This document shows, piece after piece, positions 19,082 to 28,418 of a stretch of 64,000 bases of DNA (position 1 is the stretch's first letter; each line of letters opens with the position of its first letter). The DNA lies in assembly GCA_024231215.1 (NCBI GenBank), contig JAAEQR010000142.1:100593-164592 (forward strand), written 5' to 3'. Source of the DNA: PVC group bacterium (GTDB lineage Bacteria; Omnitrophota; Gorgyraeia; B26-G9). The position numbers and the translations under genes are program-made. A model generated the notes under the pieces. It had not been told where the DNA came from and searched no databases. It saw nothing but the letters and a program-made list of their open reading frames with translations.

Positions 19082-21112
19082 ATGAGAGTTATGAAAACAA
19101 AAAAACTCCTTATATTGATATTAATTCAACTGTTTCTATTTCAGCCATTATCTTGGGCTGGAACTAGCGAACTTTCACCCCATTTGCGAATTTCTAACTC
19201 CATTGTTCAAGCAACATTCAAAAACAATCCAACCGATAGTCAATTACAACAAAATTCTGATATCCAGACCAACAGGGAGTTACCCGGACTTACAATCGCT
19301 ATTAATATCAGAGATTTAGGCGTAGAAATACTTTCCGGCGGTAAAATAATTTATAAAAACTGTTTAGAAAAAGCAGAGCAAATTCTGCCGCTCCTAAAGA
19401 GAACATTCGGAGTAAGTAATGTATATATTTACGACAGTTTTTATGAGTTGGGCAAGATGAGTACACTTACCCATACCCGCAAGACGGAAGATTATCTAAC
19501 TACATATAATGACTTGGGCATAGAAGAACGCATAAGCCCCATCCATACTGGAAGAGCGTCTGTTATCGTAAAAAATAATTATATTGGAAAGAAAAAAACA
19601 ATCAATACTTCCAGGGGACAGTCAATATTAGATGATCGCAACGGTAATTCTTTTTCTCTTGCTGGGATGATAAAAAAGATAAAGAATAAATGGAAGCTGA
19701 ATATAAACCCTAAATTATCCGATTCCGAATTTCCCGACGCAAAAAAATCCGCTCAGGCCTTAAAAAATTTTTTAGATACCTCTAAACACCTGGATATAAA
19801 AATAATCACTGATTTTATTCCCTGGATGGCTCCAGACGCGGTGGATGAGACTAATTATAAATGGACGTTTTACACAGAAATAAGCGAAGCTGAAAACGCG
19901 CAATTTCGCAGTCTGCCAGGAGAAAAAGAAAAACAGAAATTTATCGAAAATCTTCTGGCCTGGAGCGGCAACAAAAGTTTTACCGCAGTGAGGATAACAG
20001 AGAATGGATTAGAGCGAATAATTTTGGTCAAGCGCCTGCGGTTTTACGGTATCTATAGCGCCGATCAGGTAGTTTTAAATCCCTTTCTACCGGAAGTTCA
20101 AGAATATTATATAAACACCTTGAAACTTTTAACCGATGCGGGTATTGGCGGTGTACGTATTGACTTGGGCGGCATCCTCTTAAACAAAGGCCTAAAAGAT
20201 CCGGAGGCCAGATATCTTGATTTTGTGAGTGAAGAACAAAAGCAAAGCAGTGAAAAATTGCATGGAAAACCCTGGTCTGAAATTATAGCCGGGGAAGAGC
20301 CCTGGAAAAATATTTTGTCTAAGGCTAAAGAATACGCACGGAATAAAAATGCCCCTCTGGAAGTATTGATGGAAATATACAGCTATGACGAAACGGAGAT
20401 GGAACGGGTATTGGCCTTAGGAGTGGATAAACTTTATTATGAAGACGTCTATGAAAATTACAAACACCTGGAATGGGGGACTCCGGAAGAAAAAGCGAAC
20501 GCGGTTAACTGGCTCTATGAATCGCTTGAATTCATGATTAAACATAAAGACAAATTACTTATTTTCCCGATGTCTAATTTTGATAAGCCTTCGGCAGAAT
20601 TGCTTGGCGGCCCCATTACCGGCATGAGAGCATTGTCAATTTATACAGCAAAAGCCGGGATTAAAACAATGGTTGATTTCAGAGAATTATTGGGACAATT
20701 TGGACAATTTTTCCCTATTCCAGGAGGCATTGAAAGCGATGGTACTTACAGCCACCCCTTTGTTAAGGACGCGGAAGCTGAACAGCGTAAAGATTTTGCC
20801 GGAACACAAAATGCTTTAGACAATAGCCCGTTCCTATCGTTGATTAATCGTTTATTTAATATACAAACAGAGTCCGGGCAAACGATAATGTCCTTGCCGG
20901 TGCTCAAGATAAATCCACCGCAAAAAGACGCGCATGGCAAGCTTCATTTAAGCTGGGAAACTGACCAAGGAATAATTGTGCGGTTTTCTATCGACCTAAA
21001 TAATCAGGGCCAGGACAGTTATCAGGTAGATTTTTTTCAGGACAACTTTCAACAACCGCTAAAAACCATGCACGTATCTTCACATAATAACCTTATCCAA
21101 CAGGCAATATAA
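19082..21112 (+). CDS. Secreted protein with divergent GH13/alpha-amylase-like barrel and LSP...QAI termini
   Basis: Signal peptide ending LSWA; GH13-like regions IITDFIP, GGVRIDLG, LMEIY, MSNFD; ends LIQQAI. Confidence 0.7.
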   Translation: MRVMKTKKLLILILIQLFLFQPLSWAGTSELSPHLRISNSIVQATFKNNPTDSQLQQNSDIQTNRELPGLTIAINIRDLGVEILSGGKIIYKNCLEKAEQILPLLKRTFGVSNVYIYDSFYELGKMSTLTHTRKTEDYLTTYNDLGIEERISPIHTGRASVIVKNNYIGKKKTINTSRGQSILDDRNGNSFSLAGMIKKIKNKWKLNINPKLSDSEFPDAKKSAQALKNFLDTSKHLDIKIITDFIPWMAPDAVDETNYKWTFYTEISEAENAQFRSLPGEKEKQKFIENLLAWSGNKSFTAVRITENGLERIILVKRLRFYGIYSADQVVLNPFLPEVQEYYINTLKLLTDAGIGGVRIDLGGILLNKGLKDPEARYLDFVSEEQKQSSEKLHGKPWSEIIAGEEPWKNILSKAKEYARNKNAPLEVLMEIYSYDETEMERVLALGVDKLYYEDVYENYKHLEWGTPEEKANAVNWLYESLEFMIKHKDKLLIFPMSNFDKPSAELLGGPITGMRALSIYTAKAGIKTMVDFRELLGQFGQFFPIPGGIESDGTYSHPFVKDAEAEQRKDFAGTQNALDNSPFLSLINRLFNIQTESGQTIMSLPVLKINPPQKDAHGKLHLSWETDQGIIVRFSIDLNNQGQDSYQVDFFQDNFQQPLKTMHVSSHNNLIQQAI

Positions 21113-21179
21113 TTGAGCTTTTTTATCCCTAGCTAAGAAAACCATAGAATAGAAAACAATTTAGTTGTATAATATTTTT

Positions 21180-21536
21180 ATGCAATCAAAAATATCTCTA
21201 TTCACCATTTCAGTATTAATTATTCTATGCATGCTCATATCAATTAATTTTGTCTACCACAGCGAAAAAAATAGTATCAACAAGCTAACCGTTGAGGTTA
21301 ATAGCCTGAAATCTCATCTATCAAAATTAGAAAAGAAAATGGGAAAAGATGGAGATCTAATAATAAAAATGAGGGAAAAGCTAAGACATACTAAATTATT
21401 ATATAAAAACGACTATGATAGTTATATTGCATTGATTGACTCATATACAGAACTACAGCAAATACTCAAAGACGAGCGCAAAGAATATGAATCATTACTC
21501 CAGGATTACAATACCAAAAAAAAACGCCTGCAATAA
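21180..21536 (+). CDS. Hypothetical membrane-anchored coiled-coil protein
   Basis: N-terminal TM then heptad-rich helix; ATG 21180. Confidence 0.65.
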   Translation: MQSKISLFTISVLIILCMLISINFVYHSEKNSINKLTVEVNSLKSHLSKLEKKMGKDGDLIIKMREKLRHTKLLYKNDYDSYIALIDSYTELQQILKDERKEYESLLQDYNTKKKRLQ

Positions 21537-21558
21537 AAACATGATTCCCAAAACTCCA

Positions 21559-21587
21559 TTGACTTTTCTTGTAAAACCATTTAAACT
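21559..21587 (+). promoter_or_regulatory. Sigma70 promoter of tRNA-Ala
   Basis: TTGACT-17 bp-TAAACT. Confidence 0.55.
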
Positions 21588-21614
21588 AATTTTAGGTATT
21601 TTTTTATCTATACT

Positions 21615-21690
21615 GGGGCTGTAGCTCAGCTGGGAGAGCGTCTGGTTCGCAATCAGAAGGTCATGGGTTCGATCCCCGTCAGCTCCACCA
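21615..21690 (+). tRNA. tRNA-Ala (anticodon CGC)
   Basis: GGGGCTG/CAGCTCC acceptor stem with G3:U70, anticodon arm TCTGG-TTCGCAA-TCAGA, GTTCGATCC T-loop, encoded CCA. Confidence 0.97.
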
Positions 21691-21749
21691 GACATGTACA
21701 AGGGTGAGAACCCCAAAAAGAGGTCTTAGGTTTGAAAGGGGATAAAACT

Positions 21750-22463
21750 ATGAGAACACCAAATCTAATCATTCCCATCGTTATAACTACACTTATGTTC
21801 AGCTATATCGCTGAATCACAAGCAGAAATAGGTATTGGCAGTACTCGCAAAGAGGTTATTGATACATATGGGCTGCCCTCAGGACAATTAAAAAGCGGTG
21901 ACGAAGAAATACTCACCTATCCGGGAGGACTGCTTACCATCCGCAACGATAAAGTCATAAGCATAGATGATGACTTTGTACAACGCTTAGAATCTCGTAA
22001 AAAAACAAACGCGTTTGAATCTGAACAGAAAGCAAAAGGATTAATTCTTCATAATGGAAAATGGATCACCAAAGCTGAAAAACAATCACAAGAACGCAGC
22101 CAAGCTGAAGAAGAAATAAAACAGAGATTAACCAATGACCCGATACTTGTATTTTCCAATCAAGGTCAAGCCATAGATATTAACGCCCTACTAGTTTCGG
22201 GAAAAATAACAATTATTGATTTTTATGCAGATTGGTGCGGTCCCTGCAAATCAATTTCCCCGCATTTAGAACAGATCGCAAGAAATGACCCGGAAGTTTT
22301 CCTGCGTAAAGTAGATATCGTAACCTGGCAAACTCCGGTTGTTCAGCAATATGCGATCAAAAGCGTCCCTAATATACGTGTATTTAATCGTCGAGGCAAA
22401 ATGATCGGACAACCAACTCATAATATAAATCAGGTGCAAGAGTATATCGAAAAAGCAAAATAA
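21750..22463 (+). CDS. Exported thioredoxin-domain protein
   Basis: Signal peptide (ESQA); C-terminal DFYADWCGPC thioredoxin fold. Confidence 0.85.
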   Translation: MRTPNLIIPIVITTLMFSYIAESQAEIGIGSTRKEVIDTYGLPSGQLKSGDEEILTYPGGLLTIRNDKVISIDDDFVQRLESRKKTNAFESEQKAKGLILHNGKWITKAEKQSQERSQAEEEIKQRLTNDPILVFSNQGQAIDINALLVSGKITIIDFYADWCGPCKSISPHLEQIARNDPEVFLRKVDIVTWQTPVVQQYAIKSVPNIRVFNRRGKMIGQPTHNINQVQEYIEKAK

Positions 22464-22481
22464 TATAAAGGACTACATAGT

Positions 22482-23084
22482 ATGGAAAGATTAGAGAACC
22501 GAAACAAAATACTTGTTACCCAAAAAAAAGAATGGGGAGAAATCTTAAGCGGCTTTGAAACAAAAAATAAATATATTGTAAAAGATGAAAACGGGCAAGC
22601 TATCTATCTAGCCGCAGAAATAGGCGGTTCAGTTCTCGCAAGAATCTTTCTCAAAGCATTGAGACCTTTTACGCTTCACGTTATGGACGAAAAACATCAG
22701 CCTGTTTTAAAACTACAAAGACCGTTCCGATTCTATTTCCATAGAATAGACGTCTTCGATTCAGAAAATAATTTCTTAGGACATATAGAACGGCAGTTTT
22801 CTCTTTTTAGCCGCCAATATTTGGTTTTCAATGAATCCAGACAGCAAATCTGTCAGCTTTACGGCCCTTTCATTCATCCCTGGACATTTCTTATCAAACA
22901 AAGAGGCCGGGAACTCGGCAAGATAACAAAAAAATGGAGCGGCCTCTTTAAAGAAGGCTTTACAGACGCAGACAACTTTGCTGTCTTGTTTCCGGAGGAG
23001 GCAACACTCACAGAAAAAAGCCTATTTTTAAGCGCAGTATTTTTAATCGATTTTGTACACTTTGAAAACACAGGCAACCGGTAA
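22482..23084 (+). CDS. Phospholipid scramblase / LURP-one (Tubby C-like) family protein
   Basis: E.KNKY, RPF, G.ITKKWSG, FTDADNF...FP, FLIDF..FE motifs. Confidence 0.85.
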   Translation: MERLENRNKILVTQKKEWGEILSGFETKNKYIVKDENGQAIYLAAEIGGSVLARIFLKALRPFTLHVMDEKHQPVLKLQRPFRFYFHRIDVFDSENNFLGHIERQFSLFSRQYLVFNESRQQICQLYGPFIHPWTFLIKQRGRELGKITKKWSGLFKEGFTDADNFAVLFPEEATLTEKSLFLSAVFLIDFVHFENTGNR

Positions 23085-23100
23085 TTAAAGATAATACTTC

Positions 23101-23604
23101 ATGCAATTTATAGATAAAAAGTTTAAGTATAACAAACGCAGTTATATAATTCAAAGTTTATTAGCAACTTTGTCTATATTTATAGTTTTGCTATTACTCG
23201 ATGCGAAAACCAATGCGGCAATCATCGCATCCTTAGGTGCCAGTTCCTTTATTGCCTTTACCGTTCCCCATGCCTCAAATTCCGGGCCCAGATTCCTGAT
23301 TGGAGGATATACAGTGGGGATTTTATCAGGAGGCATCTGTCATTACTTATCTTTATTAGCATGCTTGCAAAACATCCCGATTATTAACGAATTATCTTAT
23401 ATTTTTTTTGCATCTTTAGCCGTGGGGCTTGCAATCTTCATCATGGTAATCACCAATACAGAACATCCACCTGCTGCGGGGCTTGCATTAGGCCTGGTAT
23501 TTAACGCTTTTAATCACCGTACGTTACTTGTTGTAATTCTCGGGATAATCGCACTTTCACTCATAAAAACATTATTAAAACCTCTCCTGAAAAATTTATT
23601 GTAA
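23101..23604 (+). CDS. HPP family membrane protein
   Basis: ASLGASSF, TEHPPAAG motif; multiple TM segments. Confidence 0.88.
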   Translation: MQFIDKKFKYNKRSYIIQSLLATLSIFIVLLLLDAKTNAAIIASLGASSFIAFTVPHASNSGPRFLIGGYTVGILSGGICHYLSLLACLQNIPIINELSYIFFASLAVGLAIFIMVITNTEHPPAAGLALGLVFNAFNHRTLLVVILGIIALSLIKTLLKPLLKNLL

Positions 23605-23675
23605 ATTATTTTCTTGTACCTCGCCCAAAGTATGCTAAAATAATCTCAGATCGTGGTTAACCAATTAGGGGATAA

Positions 23676-24788
23676 GTGGTTATGTTATTAAATCGCCGAG
23701 TTTTCTTAAAAACATCTCTTGCCGCCGGCAGTTATTTACTAGGCAGCACCTTACCAATACTAAACGCCCAAACAATAAATCCAAAAGAAGCCCTGCATTA
23801 TATCCCTCTAGCTAATTCAAGTGTCCAATGCCAACGCTGTCCTCATAGTTGTGTTATCACAAAAGGAGAGCGGGGATTCTGTAGAGTAAGAGAAAACAAC
23901 GATGGGAAATTATACAATATAGTCTACGGAAAACCATGTGCTGTACACGTAGACCCGATTGAAAAAAAACCCTTATTCCATGTATTGCCCGGGACCATGT
24001 CTTTCTCAATCGCTACAGTCGGATGCAACTTAACTTGCAAATTCTGTCAAAATTGGCAAATATCCCAAGCCTCCCCGGAAAACGTACAAACAGTAGAAAT
24101 GCCTCCGGAATTAATTGTATCAAAAGCATTAAAAACAAAATGTAAAACAATAGCCTATACCTATACTGAAGCATCTGTATTTTATGAATACATGCTGGAT
24201 ATCGCAAAAATCGCCCAGGATAACGATATCAAAAACGTAATACATTCTAACGGATTTATAAATCCCAAGCCGCTAAAAGAACTCTGCCCGTATATCACCG
24301 CCATGAATGTCGATCTTAAGGGATTTTCCGAAAATTATTACAATGAAATCTGCTCGGGAAATCTTAAAACAGTATTAAACAGTTTATGTACAATAAAAGA
24401 GCAGGGGGTCTGGCTTGAACTCACAAATCTTCTTATTCCAACCTTAAATGACAGTACAAAAAAAATAAAAGAAATGTGCTCATGGATAAAAAATAATCTA
24501 GGGAATGATGTACCTATACATTTTTCGCGTTTCTTTCCAACATACAAGCTTACCACTTTACCGCCAACTCCGGTAAGCACACTAGAGAACGCAAGAAATA
24601 TCGCTCTTGATGTCGGGCTAAAGTTTGTTTATATCGGAAACCTTCCCGGGCATGCAGCAGAAAATACATATTGTCCACATTGCAACAATGTAATTATAAA
24701 AAGAAGCGGTTATACAGTTTTAGAAAACACGATCAATAACGGGAACTGTACGATATGCGGCAATTCAATTCAAGGAGTATGGACATGA
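23676..24788 (+). CDS. amrS: AmmeMemoRadiSam system radical SAM enzyme with Tat-like signal
   Basis: DPIEKKPL, GCNLTCKFCQNWQISQ (CxxxCxxC), N- and C-terminal Cys clusters; NRRVFLK leader. Confidence 0.93.
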   Translation: MVMLLNRRVFLKTSLAAGSYLLGSTLPILNAQTINPKEALHYIPLANSSVQCQRCPHSCVITKGERGFCRVRENNDGKLYNIVYGKPCAVHVDPIEKKPLFHVLPGTMSFSIATVGCNLTCKFCQNWQISQASPENVQTVEMPPELIVSKALKTKCKTIAYTYTEASVFYEYMLDIAKIAQDNDIKNVIHSNGFINPKPLKELCPYITAMNVDLKGFSENYYNEICSGNLKTVLNSLCTIKEQGVWLELTNLLIPTLNDSTKKIKEMCSWIKNNLGNDVPIHFSRFFPTYKLTTLPPTPVSTLENARNIALDVGLKFVYIGNLPGHAAENTYCPHCNNVIIKRSGYTVLENTINNGNCTICGNSIQGVWT

Positions 24789-26257
24789 AAAAAATCCATT
24801 CTATTATACTGGGGATACTCGCAATATTTATTTTCATAATTTTCCATCAATCTCCCGCGCAATCAACAAACATAAAAGAACCTAATGTTAGCGGCAGGTT
24901 TTATCCTTCTGCCCCATACACATTGACCAATATGATTGATAATTATCTCAAAGCAGCGCAACCTCCTGAAATCTCAGGCACAATATACGGACTTATCAGC
25001 CCCCATGCCGGGTATATATATTCCGGGCCGGTAGCTGCCTACGGATATAAAACTATTGCCGAAAAAAGCTATAAAACAGTAGTTATCATCTCTCCCAGTC
25101 ATTATAAATATCTCACCAATGCTGTTGTTTATAAAACCGGTGCTTTTCAAACACCATTGGGAAACGCACGCATAGATTCTTCTTTCACTGCGAAATTGTT
25201 AAAATTAAATACTGATATTGTGCAGATGCCTTCGGTTTTTGAAAAAGAACATGCACTTGAAGTACAAATACCTTTTCTTCAAAGAACACTTAAAAATTTT
25301 AAAATTGTACCGATAATCATGGGCAACAATTCCTACGATCTCTGCAACAGTCTTGCTGAGAGTTTAGCCGCAATAATTAAAGACCGGGATGATGTGCTGA
25401 TCATTGCCAGTTCTGACATGTCGCATTACCACGATCAGGAGAAAGCAAAAGCAATAGATGAACAAACCATGGATATTATTAAAAGCTTTGATACATCAGA
25501 ACTATTGAAAAAAACTGCAGAAAAAGAAATAGAACTCTGCGGCAGCGGGCCGGTAGCAACATTACTGCTTACTATGGAAAAAATGGGTGTCTCTAATATT
25601 CAAAAATTAAACTATGCTACATCCTGGGATACCATGGGTTCCAATAAAAACAAAGTTGTCGGGTACTGCAGCTTTGTTTTTTCAAAAAGGAGATATGATA
25701 TGTTAAAAGAGAATATGTTAAGTGAAATACAAAAAAATAAGTTATTAGTATTAGCCCGGCAATCAATCAGAGAATTCGTTACCCATCGCCAGCACCCCAG
25801 AATTGTTAACAATGATCCGGATCTAACTATAAAACAAGGAGCATTTGTAACAATCAAAAAGAATGGACAATTGCGCGGCTGCATTGGGCGCATTATCGCA
25901 GATACCCCGCTAATCAACACGGTGAGCGAAGTAGCTATCCAGGCCGCGACCGAAGACCCGCGTTTTCCACCGTTAAAGGAAGACGAACTAGATCAAATAC
26001 ATTTAGAAATTTCCGTAATGTCACCACTTAAGTTAATATCCAATATTGATGAAATTGAAGTAGGTAAGCACGGCCTGATCATACGCAAAGGATTTTCTTC
26101 CGGATTATTGCTGCCCCAGGTAGCTACAGAATATAATTGGTCTAAAGAAGAGTTCTTAGAACATACGTGTATGAAGGCTGGATTAAGATCAGATGAATGG
26201 AAAAATAATGCGCAAATGTATATTTTTAGCGCAGAAGTATTTGGAGAAAAAGAATAA
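24785..26257 (+). CDS. amrB: AmmeMemoRadiSam protein B (MEMO1) and protein A (AMMECR1) fusion with signal peptide
   Basis: G.FYP, PHAGYIYSG, EHALEVQIPFLQ, ASSDMSHY, VGY, then GAFVT..LRGCIG, DPRF, LLLPQVA; ATGA overlap with amrS. Confidence 0.92.
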   Translation: MKKIHSIILGILAIFIFIIFHQSPAQSTNIKEPNVSGRFYPSAPYTLTNMIDNYLKAAQPPEISGTIYGLISPHAGYIYSGPVAAYGYKTIAEKSYKTVVIISPSHYKYLTNAVVYKTGAFQTPLGNARIDSSFTAKLLKLNTDIVQMPSVFEKEHALEVQIPFLQRTLKNFKIVPIIMGNNSYDLCNSLAESLAAIIKDRDDVLIIASSDMSHYHDQEKAKAIDEQTMDIIKSFDTSELLKKTAEKEIELCGSGPVATLLLTMEKMGVSNIQKLNYATSWDTMGSNKNKVVGYCSFVFSKRRYDMLKENMLSEIQKNKLLVLARQSIREFVTHRQHPRIVNNDPDLTIKQGAFVTIKKNGQLRGCIGRIIADTPLINTVSEVAIQAATEDPRFPPLKEDELDQIHLEISVMSPLKLISNIDEIEVGKHGLIIRKGFSSGLLLPQVATEYNWSKEEFLEHTCMKAGLRSDEWKNNAQMYIFSAEVFGEKE

Positions 26258-26341
26258 CCAAATAAACTAAATGAGGTTATTCAGAAAGTTGCGGAAAAAC
26301 TTAAATAATTATGTTATGATGGAGAGGAAAAGGAGATTACT

Positions 26342-26782
26342 ATGTCAAAAATTTTAATTATTCACGGACCTAATTTAAACTTACTCGGCGAAAGAGAACC
26401 CGATGTGTATGGAACTGTAAATCTTGAAAACATCAATCAACAGGCTATAGAATGGGGAAATACACACAGCATAGATATTGACACATTCCAATCCAATCAT
26501 GAAGGTGAAATTGTTGACCAGATTGGTAAAGCCAAAGACACTTACGATGTAATTGTTATAAATCCGGCCGCATATACACATACCAGTGTTGCAATACGTG
26601 ATGCGATAAGTGCTATCGGGATCCCTACAATTGAAGTACATCTCTCAAACATACATGCCAGAGAAGAATTCAGGCACGTATCAACGGTAGCCCCGGTAAG
26701 CCGCGGGCAAATATGTGGATTCGGAATAAAAAGCTATATCCTCGGATTAGAAGCCGCTCTTAGCATAATAAATGAAAAATGA
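26342..26782 (+). CDS. aroQ: Type II 3-dehydroquinate dehydratase
   Basis: HGPNLNLLGEREP..YG, QSNHEG, NPAAYTHTS, EVHLSN. Confidence 0.97.
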   Translation: MSKILIIHGPNLNLLGEREPDVYGTVNLENINQQAIEWGNTHSIDIDTFQSNHEGEIVDQIGKAKDTYDVIVINPAAYTHTSVAIRDAISAIGIPTIEVHLSNIHAREEFRHVSTVAPVSRGQICGFGIKSYILGLEAALSIINEK

Positions 26783-27822
26783 TTAATCAAAAAGTTTTAA
26801 AAATAAAACGTTTTTTAAGACGTAATAACTACGATGCCTTTTTGGTGTCTTCTCCTGAGAATGTAAGCTATATAAGCGGTTTTACCGGAGGGGACTGCCG
26901 CCTGTTAATCACACGCCGGGAAAACATCTTTATTGGTGACTTCCGGTATAAACTACAGGCAAAAAAAGAACTAGACGATGATAGTTTTTGCATTGAAATG
27001 CTATCCTCCAGTATTTTCACTTTATTAAAAGATCTTCTCAAAAAACATAACATATCCTCACTTTGTTTTGAATCTCAATACACAAGCGTAGCTTTTTATA
27101 ATCAACTAACCAAACATCTTAAACGAATAAAACTTATTCCAACAAAAGAAACAATCGAACAACAGAGAATTATAAAAACTCCGAAAGAACTGCAGAACAT
27201 CCAAAAAGCAGTAAATATCACAAAAAAAGGATTTAAGAAACTTAAAACTTTAATCCGGCCGGGAATTACTGAACTCTGGCTCAAACACAAACTAGAGGAA
27301 ATCTTAAAAAGTTATGGAGCGGATGGCCTTTCTTTTGACATTATTGTAGCTTCCGGACTCAACGCCGCAATGCCACACGCGAAGACAACCAACAAAAAAA
27401 TACAGAAAAATGAACCAATCATCGTCGATGCCGGAGCTAACTATAAAGGATATAAATCCGACTTGACAAGAACATTCTTTTTAGGTAAAATGACGCAATA
27501 TGCCCATTATTATAAACTTGTTGCTACAGCGCAAGATAGGGCAATTAAAATAGTCGCTCCTGGGGTAAAAATCAGCACTGTTGACTCTAGGGCCCGAGCA
27601 GTGTTTAAGAAAGATAATTTGCAGGATTTTTTCGGACATGCTTTGGGGCATGGAGTAGGGTTAAATATACATGAAGCCCCAACTATTTCTCAATTGAACA
27701 AACAAAAACTAAAGTCCGGCATGGTTTTTACCGTAGAACCTGGACTTTATATGCCGGAATGGGGCGGAATTCGTATTGAAGATATGGTAACGGTAACAGA
27801 GAAAGGATACAGGGTTTTATAA
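26779..27822 (+). CDS. Xaa-Pro aminopeptidase (M24 family)
   Basis: Creatinase-N domain plus PH, DAG, SDLTRT, HALGHGVG, HE, TVEPG, RIED. Confidence 0.93.
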   Translation: MINQKVLKIKRFLRRNNYDAFLVSSPENVSYISGFTGGDCRLLITRRENIFIGDFRYKLQAKKELDDDSFCIEMLSSSIFTLLKDLLKKHNISSLCFESQYTSVAFYNQLTKHLKRIKLIPTKETIEQQRIIKTPKELQNIQKAVNITKKGFKKLKTLIRPGITELWLKHKLEEILKSYGADGLSFDIIVASGLNAAMPHAKTTNKKIQKNEPIIVDAGANYKGYKSDLTRTFFLGKMTQYAHYYKLVATAQDRAIKIVAPGVKISTVDSRARAVFKKDNLQDFFGHALGHGVGLNIHEAPTISQLNKQKLKSGMVFTVEPGLYMPEWGGIRIEDMVTVTEKGYRVL

Positions 27823-27825
27823 CAG

Positions 27826-28383
27826 ATGATTAGTACAAATCAATTCAAGACAGGTTTAACAATTGAAATCGACGGCGACTTATATGCTATATCTGAATTC
27901 CAACACGTAAAGCCAGGAAAAGGCGGAGCATTTGTCAGAACAAAATTAAAAAATTTACGCACTAAAAAAATGCTTGATAAAACTTTCCGGTCGGAAGAAA
28001 AATTTGAAGAAGCATATATAGAAGAAAAGAAAATGCAGTACTTATATAGAGCGGGGACAACATTCCATTTCATGGACCATGAAACATATGAGGAATTCAG
28101 CCTTGAACAGGAAAAAGTTTCAGATATATCCGGTTTTCTCAAAGAAAATATGGATATTAGTATTGTCTTCTACAAAAGTGAAATTCTTGAGGTAAAATTA
28201 CCAATGTTTATCGAAGCGAAAATTACCGAGACAGAACCTGGGATAAAAGGCGATACAGCTAAATCTTCTTTCAAACCGGCAACCATTGAAACCGGTGCAA
28301 CAATACAAGTTCCATTATTTATCGATCAAAACGACACAATAAAAATAGATACTCGAACCGGAGCATATGTAGAGAGAGTTTAA
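27826..28383 (+). CDS. efp: Elongation factor P
   Basis: HVKPGKGGAFVR, PGIKGDT, VPLFI, DTRTG.Y. Confidence 0.98.
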   Translation: MISTNQFKTGLTIEIDGDLYAISEFQHVKPGKGGAFVRTKLKNLRTKKMLDKTFRSEEKFEEAYIEEKKMQYLYRAGTTFHFMDHETYEEFSLEQEKVSDISGFLKENMDISIVFYKSEILEVKLPMFIEAKITETEPGIKGDTAKSSFKPATIETGATIQVPLFIDQNDTIKIDTRTGAYVERV

Positions 28384-28418
28384 CTTAAAATTCCATAACT
28401 ATAACATGGAGAATTAGT

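Noticed and set aside
21495-21716. 73-aa minus-strand ORF (GGADGDRTHDLLIANQTLSQLSYSP)
   Set aside because: Classic antisense translation of tRNA-Ala.
21615-26257. tRNA-Ala-anchored genomic island
   Set aside because: No integrase and no repeated tRNA 3' end seen downstream.
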